64,000 nt of DNA from Carpediemonas membranifera BICM (taxonomy: Eukaryota > Protista > Fornicata), in contig JAHDYR010000053.1 in assembly GCA_019828565.1 (NCBI GenBank), positions 160,214 to 224,213 on the forward strand, in the 5' to 3' direction. How positions within the stretch are numbered: the first letter of the stretch is position 1; each line of letters opens with the position of its first letter. Positions 31,510 to 41,889 of this stretch are shown here, piece after piece. The position numbers and the translations under genes were made by a program. The notes below the pieces were generated by a model. The model was not told the DNA's origin, did no database searches, and was given only the letters and a program-made list of their open reading frames with translations.

Positions 31510-31859
31510 GCCCCTCAAAGCCATTGAGGAGTGGCTGCGAGGGGTATGATTGTGGGCCTTAGTGAGGCTAATCATAAACCTTGATGGACAAGGTGATATT
31601 GGCTATTTGGAAGCCGTTAAGGCTTTAGAGTCTCTTTTAGGCTCGATGGTTCAATAATTGCGCATCAGATGAAGAAATTGCGCAACAAAAGTGAAAAATC
31701 GCTAGAACTCCTCAACGAAGCGCCGTTGAGGGCTATAGACCTCGTTTTGAGCTCTTTGTGTTGGCATATGCAATGAATTGCAGCCGGGGCACAGCTTGCA
31801 TGAAAGACATCGAGAGTGTCTTAAAGTGCACCGATCGGCTGCAATCGCTTGGGCGGCGA

Positions 31860-32418
31860 CTGGTTCCCTGTGGGAATGGACGGAGTCTACCAGCATCCCT
31901 GCCGGATTGAGCGCGCCTTCGACCCACGGGATGAACTTCTTAACTGCGCGAAGCCCTGTCTTGGTGGAGTCGATGGTGATAGAGACGCCGAGTCCTGCTT
32001 TCACCCTGATATCCCGAGGAGTGAGGGGTAGGATCTCACTGCGCCTCGACATTGTTGCGTAGGCAACGACGCCGAATAAGAAGGCTTGGTGGAACTCCTC
32101 GTCGCGGCCGGCGAGTTTGGGGATCAGGCGGTGGATGCGTGCAGCCCGCACTGGGACCTTGCGTTGCGGCCTGGGGACTGTAGCGCGCTTCGCTTCGGTG
32201 ATGAATGCCTTTTGAGCAGCTGGGGGTGCCCACGTTGATACCAGGGGTGCAAACCTTACCACCAGCGAGCCCCGGTGCGCCAGACGGTCTGGGCCTACTA
32301 GCTCAGCCTCGCGAGCGAGCCACGCCAGGAATGTGTCGCGGTCCGATGCCGGGTTGGCCTCTCGGAAGGTCAGGAACTGGGAGACGACACCCGCCGTGTC
32401 ACGCCTGGTCGTTGCCAC
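31860..32418 (-). pseudogene. E3 tyrosine recombinase, truncated
   Basis: QAFLFGVVAYATMSRRSEI and STKT align with E1/E2 YR; C-terminal motifs missing. Confidence 0.82.
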
Positions 32419-32441
32419 GTAGCCTTTGAGCTCGTCTAGAC

Positions 32442-34400
32442 CTAGTACTGCGTTGAAAGCGGCGTCGTCGGCACGAAGACGGCGAGGAGCCGCGGCTTTT
32501 CCCCCACGAGGATGTTCTGGAGCTCTGAGTCCTTCATGTCCTCCGCGTAGACCCTGAACGTTCTCTTGAAGGGGAGAGGCCCTTGATGCGGCGTACCGCC
32601 TCGGACTGGACGTCGGGCATCACCACGACCACTGCAGACTTGGTATGCCTCGGATGTGAGGCTGGTGAGGCGCGAATGAGGGCCAGTCGGTTGGCTACGG
32701 CTGGAAGAAGGGCGTATGGTGGTGCTGCGAAGACTCTCTTGCTGCGCCACTCCGAGCTCATGCCGCTCTCGGCCAGCGTGAGCGAACGCTCGACGAAGCC
32801 GGGAAGTAGTAACTCCTTGTCCCTCCCACCAGTCACGTCGACCTCGAGAGGGCCCCACTCCTCCAGTATGGCAGCGAGGATCCCTCGTGGTGTCCGCCAT
32901 TCCAGTCGCTGGTATCTCGACAGAGCATCTGCGGAGACATTGAGGTGCCCGCTGACGTGCTGGGCTCTCAGTGTGATCTGGCAGGCGGCCAAGCGGGAAA
33001 AGAGGGTGAGACAAGCGTCCTGGATCATCGGCGGGGCTCGCGTTGATCCCTGCTTGTTCAACCAGGCGCAGGCGTTGCTGTTGTCGATGAATACGGTGAT
33101 CTCCCCTGTCCGTTAGATGTGGAAGGAGCGTCTCCACGGCGTTCGTCGCCGCAAAGAACTCTTTCACCGCAATGGACTCGTTCTGGAGCGGGCTGTTGGG
33201 GGAGACGGAGGAGGATACGATCGTCTGCTTGCAGCCGTCCCTGATAATGGCAGCTAAGCCCTTTTCTGAGGCGTCCGACTGGATGTGGATGTCGATTGCC
33301 GGGCTTGCGCCCCACATGCTGATCAGGGAGTCGAAGGAGCGGGGAGGATGATCTTCGCTGCTCAGCAGTTGCTTCCAGTACGATAGGGCCTTGAGGACGG
33401 CTTTCGTAAAGCCTTTCTCCGTCTCGGTGGCTGTCTGAAGAGGTCTCAGCCATGCGCGGCCGTCGGGGAAGCACAGAGATGCGAAGGATAGCTTCCCGAT
33501 GAGGGATTGCCACCTCTTGTTGCTCATATTGCCTTCTATCAGCGCACTCTCGACCAATTGGCGGTATCTGCTGCGCTTCTTCGAGTCTAGGGAAATGACC
33601 CGAGCAGCTGAGTCGATGCGCATGCCGAGGTATGTCAGGACTGTGGTGGGCTCTAGGACTGACTTGTCGTGGTTGATGATAAAGCCTAGGTGATTCATGA
33701 TGTCCAGGAGGCGCTGGCGCTCGCGCAGAAGGGCCTTCTTCTTCCCGAAGAATAGAAGGTCGTCCAGATAGACGGCAACTCCTACACCGCGGCAATGGCG
33801 CTTGATAATCTTCGCTACGGTAATCATGATCTTCTGGAAGTAGAATGGCGCCGCGGACCATCCGAATGGGAGGACTGTGAACTGATAGTGGACGCCGCGG
33901 TGAATAAAGCCTAGGAGGGACTGCGATGATGGGTGAATGGACACGTGGTGGTAGCCTGCATGGAGATCTAGCGACATCATCATGTCTCCTGGCGCAAGGC
34001 TTAAAACTGCTCTCTTGGCACCGAACAAGCGGAACGTACGGCGCTCTTTGGAGACCTTGTTGAGCGGTATGAGGTTGTGGACTGCTCTCCATTTGTCTGT
34101 ACCCTTCGGGACTGGAAAGAGAGGACATGTGAGCTTCGGTGGTGATGAGACGCGGTGTATGGCACCCGATGAGAGCATTTCGCGCACCAGCGGATCGAGC
34201 TTGGCTAAGTCCTTCTCTGGGAGATGGAATATTCGAGGATTGCTCGGTTGTTGTGTCAGTTCGATGGGTATGCCGTCGCCAACCCAAGAGACCACGTCGG
34301 ATGGCGCTCCCAAGCGCCGCCACGCGGCCACTGAGTGGCGGAGAGAACCCGCTCGACGGGTTGTGGGGAGTGGTGGTTCGGTTGATTGATGGTCTTGCAC
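32442..34400 (-). CDS. E3 RT-RNase H-methyltransferase-like (frameshifts near 33105 and 32580)
   Basis: DLHAGYHH, LPFG, YLDD, SDAS, ESIAVKE, ADALSR, EEWGPLEVD, W..KRVFAAPPY. Confidence 0.9.
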   Translation of the reverse strand: MQDHQSTEPPLPTTRRAGSLRHSVAAWRRLGAPSDVVSWVGDGIPIELTQQPSNPRIFHLPEKDLAKLDPLVREMLSSGAIHRVSSPPKLTCPLFPVPKGTDKWRAVHNLIPLNKVSKERRTFRLFGAKRAVLSLAPGDMMMSLDLHAGYHHVSIHPSSQSLLGFIHRGVHYQFTVLPFGWSAAPFYFQKIMITVAKIIKRHCRGVGVAVYLDDLLFFGKKKALLRERQRLLDIMNHLGFIINHDKSVLEPTTVLTYLGMRIDSAARVISLDSKKRSRYRQLVESALIEGNMSNKRWQSLIGKLSFASLCFPDGRAWLRPLQTATETEKGFTKAVLKALSYWKQLLSSEDHPPRSFDSLISMWGASPAIDIHIQSDASEKGLAAIIRDGCKQTIVSSSVSPNSPLQNESIAVKEFFAATNAVETLLPHLTDRGDHRIHRQQQRLRLVEQAGINASPADDPGRLSHPLFPLGRLPDHTESPARQRAPQCLRRCSVEIPATGMADTTRDPRCHTGGVGPSRGRRDWWEGQGVTTSRLRRAFAHAGRERHELGVAQQESLRSTTIRPSSSRSQPTGPHSRLTSLTSEAYQVCSGRGDARRPVRGGTPHQGPLPFKRTFRVYAEDMKDSELQNILVGEKPRLLAVFVPTTPLSTQY

Positions 34401-34402
34401 AA

Positions 34403-34897
34403 TTAGTTTTTTCTGGGGCGCTTATCGCTCTTGGGGGCGACTCTGGCACTGGAGCGGGCCTCTGCGATGAGGACGGTGAGGCTCTCGGAATCACGGATCC
34501 TGGAACGTCGGGCTCTGACGTAGTCCTTGACTGCGTCGGCGTAGTGAAAGCCATTGATGTCCTTAATGAGGAGAAGCTCATGACGGAGCATTAGCTGAAG
34601 CTTGATCGTCTCGGTTGTCCAGCTCGGGTGGAGGACGATGTCCCTGTAGAGCATCTGCAGCCATTCGGACTCGTTACGCATGGCTAGTGAGTCCGGGTGG
34701 CGCCACTCCAGCGACATTAAATCTCGAAGCGTCAATAACTCGCCTGTTAGTTCGTTGATGCGCTTCTGCGGATCTGGGATCTTCTCTGCTTCAGGCGTGC
34801 GGTCCCCGGTGTTGTTCTCGGTTTCTTCAGCCATCTGGCCGTAATTGATTCGATCCCGATTCGTTCGGCTCGAATAAATCGAATCAGGCAGATCCAT
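34403..34897 (-). CDS. E3 ORF1 (Gag-like)
   Basis: Similar to E2 ORF1 and to E1 ORF1 (LLIKD). Confidence 0.72.
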   Translation of the reverse strand: MDLPDSIYSSRTNRDRINYGQMAEETENNTGDRTPEAEKIPDPQKRINELTGELLTLRDLMSLEWRHPDSLAMRNESEWLQMLYRDIVLHPSWTTETIKLQLMLRHELLLIKDINGFHYADAVKDYVRARRSRIRDSESLTVLIAEARSSARVAPKSDKRPRKN

Positions 34898-34940
34898 CGC
34901 CCATGCTCCATTATCTCACGCCGGAGCTGACGTCTCAGCA

Positions 34941-35013
34941 GCCCGTCTAGCTCAGTCGGTAGAGCGCTGGACTCTTAATCCAGTGGTCGAGGGTTCGAGC
35001 CCCTCGGTGGGCG
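34941..35013 (+). tRNA. tRNA-Lys(CTT)
   Basis: Identical to the other two copies. Confidence 0.96.
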
Positions 35014-36018
35014 CTTCTTTCTTTATGGCAGAGCACAAAACTGCCTCATGACATTCTTTTCATTAACCAACGGGGGGGCGCTTAATTTACACAATGTTAA
35101 CGAGGAAGCTAGTGTAAGTTAAACGTGAAGTCCTCTCCGCTTACCGAGGGAGAAGGAGTATACCAGTCGTAACTGGTACCGTGCCGTCGGATCCGGCGGA
35201 TCCGAACCTTGCGCCATTCTGTCCGCATAAACTGCGTGACTCGCCTGACCGGCGAAACACCTTTTGCCCGGAGTGAGGCTATCACATCGCCCTCCGCTCC
35301 GGGCCCGTTACCCGAGGTAACCTTACTGACGATGTAGCGCCATCCCGTTCTGATAGTCAAATTTGAGTACTGGACTAGTAAGTCTTGCGCCCTGAAATGC
35401 TTATCGCAGTTGGTAGATTGAGTATTCATCAAAATCATTGCAGCTTCTGATCGACGAAGCAATGTAGGACTTTCCCCTCACTCGCACAACCTGGTAAAAT
35501 CATGAGACAGTCCTTTAGTAGGGAATAGCTCGTCAGTCATGGCAAGTGTGAGTTAAATCAGTCCATCATAAATATGCTTCGGACTGTGACTGAAAACTAT
35601 GATACAAAACGCTCAATTGTGACATGGTCTAAGACGGGATGAATCGCCTGTAATGTGGTGCTAGTCTAACAACGCCCACACGACGGAATGTAGTCTGTTG
35701 TGAGTGCGGGAAGATGGGTGAATCCAAAGTGGTGAGGTGTGACTTTGTACAGTTGACACAACCACGGAATGAAACCGAGCAGACCAGTGTTGGTCTGTCT
35801 GTTCACACGAAAGAAGATTCGTCAGCAGTAAATGTCACCTAGCCGCACGCAAGCTCATGTGGTCTGAATAGCATCTTGCACACTGCCTCACATGAAGCCA
35901 ACCCCAAAGTCCAATTTATCGCATAATTGCCCAAGTCCTCCTCCATTTATATTACCTCACAAGCGTATGTACAAAGGCCAGCCGACCCTTCATCCTGGTC
36001 CAGCAACACAACACCACC

Positions 36019-36173
36019 TCATACACCAGCCAGGTGCCGCTTGAGTAACTCAACCTGGTCCCCTCTCACCCTCGCGAGCCGCTGGAGCTGCCTGTTCTTC
36101 TCCTCTAATAAAGCCACGAGCTTCATCTTCTCATCCAGCTCGTGTTTCATCCTGATATAAGCCTCAATAGTCG
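36019..36173 (-). pseudogene. 3' part of a host coiled-coil gene apparently split by the 36174-41599 block (5' part at ~41600-41742)
   Basis: Joining the flanks gives RIAKTSRGQ|PTIEAYIRMKHELDEK... in frame, with a plausible 28-nt GTAAG...AG intron upstream. Confidence 0.5.
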
Positions 36174-37813
36174 GCCGAGATTGCCCAACAACCGCTGCAT
36201 GCTGTGTGTCGTGGCCCCCGATGCCAAGGCCTCCCTGACTCGTGAGAGGTACTTCTGCCGCTTGCTGTCCTGCAGAGCGATCCCCCGCCGGCCAGAGTCC
36301 ATGACGAAGCCAAGGAAGTCGGTCTGCTGCGTGGGTGAGAGCTGCGATTTCTTCCTGTTGATGACCAGGCCGAGGTTCTCTAGGAGCTGTAGTATGCCGG
36401 GCATCGCAGCGGTCAGTGTCTTCTTGTCCCCGGACAGGAGCCAGTCGTCGAGATAGATGGTCAAGTTGATGCCTGGGAACATCCGTGCTACGATCTGCGC
36501 TGCTGTCAGCATCACCCTTTGGAAGAAGAATGGCGCTGGGCCCCAGCCGAAGGGTAGGACGTTGAAGGCATAGGGTCTCCCGTCGACCACGAAACCCAGC
36601 AGCGGGCTGTCCGAGGCCCTGACCCCTAACTGGTAGTAGCCCTTGACTAGGTCCAAGCGTGCCATGTAGTCTCCTTCGCGAAGCTGGGCCATCGCTTGCT
36701 TGACTCCCTTCAGCCGAAAGGTTCGATGTTCCGTTGACACTGCGTTCAATGCCCTTAGGTCGTGGATCAGACGCGTCTCTGGTGGCGTCTTCGGCACAGT
36801 GAAGATAGGTGAGATCAAGCTGGGAGACCGGCATGGGCTTGCCGCGCCCAGGCTCAGGAGGGTTTTCAGGTGGTCGCGGAATGCCTTGCGGTCCTTGGCG
36901 CGAGTTGGTGGTAGGCGCGGGTGACGAGGGTGCGCTCTTAGGGATATCGGGACGCCCTCGCGTAGCCACGTAACCACCTCTGATGGCGCGCCCAAGTGCC
37001 TCCATAGGCGCCACTGCCTGTTGATGCAGGGAAATGGTGGAACTGACGGGGGAGGAGGTGCTGTGGACGGGGGAGGAGGAGGCGTCGGTGACAGGGGAGG
37101 AGATTGAGGAGTAGTGGGATTTGTGGTTGGATGAGGAGTTAGGACCTGTGGACCGGGGCGAGGATCCTTGATGGGTGGTTTCTTTTGACTTAGTTTGAGT
37201 TCTTCGTGCCGGTGCGCTTCGGCTTCTTCCCGTGAAAACCCCGGTTGCCGCCGTCATGTCCGGTGCCGGGCTTGGTGTTCTTCTCGGTCAGGCGGGGGAT
37301 CTTGGACAGGGTGCGGAGGACGAGAGTCTCGATCTCCGTCTCGTTCATCTCGTGGCGCTCGGCAAGGGCGGCCATGCCCGCGGTGGAGACAGCAGAGGCG
37401 GCTAGGTAGCCGTAGCGGTCCTTCACCCATAGGACTCGGTGACGGAGGAAGATGCGAGCGAGTACGGCGAAGCCACTGATTCGATTGAACTTGAAGCTGC
37501 GGTAGATCTCCTCGAGGAACTCCGCCTCTTCGCGCATAGTGGATGAAGCAGGACGCTTCCAAGTCATGGTGGTCTCTTGCCGAAGCAGATCTACTGTCTC
37601 TCGGACGTTGCCGCCGGCAGTAAATGCGTCTTGAAGCTGTTGAACGGTGGCTTTTGAGCTCTGCGATCTCTTGGGCGGCGTCTCCCATCTGTTTCAGTTC
37701 GCTCTTGAACAACTGAACCGCCCTTATGAGACGCACGATCCCGTCTTTGAGATCGTATCGAATCATCCTCGACCTCTCGCGCCGAAGTTTTGGCTCCGCT
37801 GGCCTTGCCAAAA
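36174..37813 (-). mobile_element. E2' : 5' half of E2 (gag + partial RT), inverted copy of 27968-29608
   Basis: Near-identical reverse complement; breaks inside RT at ...LLGNLG. Confidence 0.92.
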
Positions 37814-37886
37814 GCCCGTCTAGCTCAGTCGGTAGAGCGCTGGACTCTTAATCCAGTGGTCGAGGGTTCGAGCCCCTCGGTGGGCG
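37814..37886 (+). tRNA. tRNA-Lys(CTT)
   Basis: Identical to the other two copies. Confidence 0.96.
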
Positions 37887-37897
37887 CTTCTTTTACG

Positions 37898-40800
37898 TCC
37901 ACAAAGTGTGGCTCTATAACAGAGAGCCCTCCTCTTAAATCCAACCAAAATGGGGGGGGGGCGAGTATTTACTTCGGGTGGCTTCCCCGAGCTCTTATGA
38001 CAGACCCGGGTAAATCCTCGTCTCGCGGTCCGGTCAGGTCCTAACGGCTCCGACACCTGCCGATGCGTTTCGAAGTGTGACCTAAAGTGCACATTGATCG
38101 GCGCGCGCAGGTGCCAGTGATGGTCCTGTGACAGGATCCACAAAGTGTGGCTCTATAACAGAGAGCCCTCCTCTTAAATCCAACCAAAATGGGACAATCC
38201 CGCAAGACGTCCCTGTGGGACTAAAGCTTTGGGCCGGCGAGTCTATCTCGCCTCGACCAGAGTTAAGAATTAATGATGAATCCAGGCCGGCGAGTCCGTC
38301 TCGCCTCGGCCGTTCCCCTCGAACGCGGATGTTTAATGGAGGGGGTGGTTAAAAGTGGGGCCCGAGAAGGCTGAGGTTCATCCTCCTGGTGAGGTCCTCG
38401 TTTGTTCTGATGGCGTCAGCGACATAGCTGCGGAGGGAGGTGACGTCCTTCCATGTGCCCATTGAGAGGATCACCTCCAGCGGGACTCCTGATAGAGCCA
38501 TCTCCGACGCTGCCCCCTTACGGAAGCTGTGGAGACCCGTCCGTGGACCGAACAACGCCTTCACGACTCGTCGGAGGTGTGCGGCTGTGAGCGGTTTGTC
38601 TCTGCTCAGGCGCCCGTTGACTATGACTCGCCAGATGGGGGTGTCATCAGCCAGGTAGTGTGTGCCCTCGACCCAGCGTCTAAGTGCCAAGGCCGGGTTG
38701 AAGGCGGCTGATAGCCATACGTATGGTACGCGCTTCTTAACTCCCGTTAGGATGGTCTTGGTCCGCTGAATGTGTAGGAGAATGTCGCCGTTCTTGAGTA
38801 GCTCCAGGTCGGCCGGGCATAGGGAGAGTATCTCGATGCCTCTGGACACCGTCAGATAGGCGACTGCCCCAAAGAGACATGCCTGATATGACTCAAAGTC
38901 GTCACTCCGGCGCCCCAGTGCCTCGATCATCTCAGCCTTGGTGATGGCGCGCGAGCCGCCGGTAGTTCCCGCCGTGCTGGCGCCCTTAGCCGCCTGCTTA
39001 ACGATGTACTTGGAGTTGGCGGGCGGATGCCAGTCTTTGAGGAACTCCTGTAGCTGAACAATCCAGTAGCCCTTCCTCGCCACGTTCGATGGCCCGCAGA
39101 AGGAGCCTTCGTCCTTGAGGAAGGCTACAAGCTGGTCTCGATCCGACAGGCTGCGATCGCGAGAGCCTTCGAACCTGGCCACCCAGCCGGCCACCGTCCG
39201 AGCAGACGCGTGATTAAGGTGAATCACTCTGTCCGACCTGAGGACTCTGTGGAAAACGTCCTGAACGCCATCACATTGAACCGTAGGCGTCCTCTGTCCT
39301 GTAGGTGAAGTAGGTGGGCCAGATCTGAGCTCGAAGCCGGGACGGAGAGACGGAGTTTCCAGGACGTCCAACTCTTGAGGAGTCTCATCTCCGGCGCTTG
39401 AACCTCTGGGTAGAGGAGAAAGACTGCTGAGGTCCAAGACCTCGGGTGTCCAGTCTGAGTCTGAACTCTCGCTGTCGCTATCTTCTGGACTATGGCTGCC
39501 ATAGACGAATTGGGGGCCCAGAGGACGCGACATCCAAGCCTTACGTCTACGTCCGCTGAGACTGTCTGGACTGGACCCCACTCCGCGAGGACAGATTCCA
39601 TGCTGGACTCCAGAGAGGAAGGGAGTCGTGAGAAGCCTCTGGACAGCCGATCTGCTGCCAGGTTGATGATGCCCGGAGTGTGTAGTCCACGGAGTGTCAG
39701 GTTCCGGTCCTCCGCCTCCTTCTGGATCTGGGCTAGAATGTGCAGGGCCTGAGGTGGAGCCTTCGTAGACCCCCGCCTTGTTGAGCCAGGCCAGAGCTGA
39801 TGTGTTGTCTGAGAAGATCGATAGCTCGCGTTGGGAACTCTGTCTGCCGATCAGACGGATGCCCTGTAGGATTCCCGCGAGCTCCTTCACGTTGATAGAT
39901 TCTGCTCTTAGTTCTGGAGTGAACGTGCCCGAGGCTGAGGTCCCATACTCGCCGTGCACGGCTGCTCCCCACTTGACTCCAGATGCGTCTGTCGATACGA
40001 CGAGGTCTAAGGAGGGGTGAGCGCCCCAAAGCGACTGAAGTTCTCTGATGTCTCGGACTGGGCGCTCTCTTAGCAGTAGCAGCCACTCTTGCAGTAGCTC
40101 CTTGGAGAGTGGGTCCTGTTGAAGGTGTCTCAGCCGGAGGAAAGCCCCGTGGGCGGTTGTAGCGAAGTAAGTCAGTCTCCCGAGGATCTTGGCCCAAGTC
40201 TCCTGATCGATGGTCTTGCCTGCCAGAGCCTGATGAATGTGAGAGGAGTAACGTTTGGCCTTGTCCGCCGGGAGGCGTATTGTAAAACTCGCGGAGTCTA
40301 TCACGAGCCCCAGATAGACCAATGACTGAGTCGGTGCCCATTCTGACTTCTCCTCTGAGGTGAGGACACAGAGGTCGGCTAGAGTCCGCCTGATGCGCGG
40401 CACCGCCCTCCTCAGGATTTCTCGGTCGCGGTGAAATAAGAGGAAGTCGTCGAGGTAGACAACGATGGTAAGACCCGTCCGAAGGGCTAGTATCTTGGCG
40501 AGTTGGTTGGTGATCGTCTGAAACACGAACGGCGATGCGCGCCAGCCGAAGCCTAGCACTCTGTACTGAAACGCTCGTCCGTCTGGAAGATAGACTCCTA
40601 GCAGCTTGCGGTCCTCCTTCCGTACTGGTACTTGATGGTACCCGGACTTGAGGTCGAACTTGACCATCCAGTCGCCCCTCTGGAGAAGGGAGAGAGCTCT
40701 GCGCAGACCGTAGAGCCGGAAGGATGAGCGCTCTGCCGAGCAGTCGTTCAGTATCGTGAGGTTGTGAATGATCCTCTTCGACTCGCCCTTCGGCACAGTA

Positions 40801-41599
40801 AACAGCGAGGCGGTGTGTCGCAGGGAAGAGGGATTCACTTGCTCTATGACGCCTGTCTCTATCAAGGAAGGAATCTGCTGGACAATGAATGGGTCGACTG
40901 TCGGCTGTTACCTTGGTGCTGGTGGTTGACTTCTCAGACGGATCTCGACCCCGTATCGTAACCAGTTGATCACCCGTTGTGATGCTCCCAACCTCTGCCA
41001 CTCCCTCCACGCCGCGTTCATGCATGGAAAGAGGGTTAGGTGTGGGCTCTCTTGCCGGAGGATCCTGTCTGAGTGCGACCTCGGTCCTGAGCGCGGCCAC
41101 CGCGGCGAAAATTAGCGTCGCGCTTATCGCCCTTAGACTTGGCGCGGGCCGCCAGTTCCAGGACCTCGTCGCGATCAGGCACGCCCTTCGCCTTGCAATA
41201 GTTCTCGAACCGCTCTGCAGTAGCGTCAGTGTACACGTCCTTGATTAGAAGGTACTGGATTCTTGCAAAGAGAATGTTCCCGATCTCCTTCATCTTTGCG
41301 CCGTTCTCGATCCTATTCATGGTCTTGTATACGAATCTGGCCTCATCTTCGAGGCCGAACCTCTTTGGCATCTCCAGGAACAGTGGACGGCGAGCTGCTT
41401 CTGCTTGCTGCTCCAAAATTGCTTCCGATTGTATCTTAACCAAGCGCTCCAGCTTCTCGATACGCTTGTTAAGCTCATCGGGACTGTCTTGCGGCGGCAG
41501 GTCTTCGTTATCAGACATCCTGCCGATGCGTTTCGAAGTGTGACCTAAAGTGCACATTGATCGGCGCGCGCAGGTGCCAGTGATGGTCCTGTGACAGGA
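37898..41599 (-). mobile_element. YR retrotransposon E1c (complete repeats; RT stop at 40908-40910; +1 indel at ~39770)
   Basis: Reverse complement of E1a/E1b with A1, B1, A2, B2; gag 41036-41518; YR ends at 38349. Confidence 0.93.
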
Positions 41600-41889
41600 G
41601 CTGACCTCTAGATGTCTTTGCTATGCGACTTAAGATACTACAATCTATTGTCTTACAATCCGCTATCGTGCTGATCCTGAATGATCGTCATCTTGTACCT
41701 CAGTCGGCTGAGCTCCTCGCGCACTCGACTTTGAGTTCCTCGTTATGTTCCTGCCGGCGTTATTAGAAACGTCTCATCTTGTTCCTTTAGAGAAGTCTTA
41801 AAAACATCTTCATGCGGTTGCGGGCACAAGCAAGTCAGATTCCTGAGTGAAACGCACTCACCGCATCAATTGCTGCGTTTACTAATCTG

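Larger units (their letters stand above)
27968..31600 (+). mobile_element. YR retrotransposon family E2 (no terminal repeats detected; right end approximate)
   Basis: gag, RT-RH-MT-like and overlapping YR ORFs, divergent in sequence from E1. Confidence 0.88.
31860..34940 (-). mobile_element. YR retrotransposon family E3, 3'-truncated
   Basis: gag, RT-RH-MT and YR on the minus strand. YR homology stops before HxxR and the catalytic Tyr. Confidence 0.88.

Noticed and set aside
35109-35462. 117-aa minus-strand ORF between tRNA-Lys and E2'
   Set aside because: Non-ATG start and no recognisable motif.
23552-39774. Programmed frameshifting at 23552, 28960, 33105, 37652 and 39770
   Set aside because: Each lies in a homopolymer and, where sister copies exist, is private to one copy. 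Sequencing error or decay is more likely.
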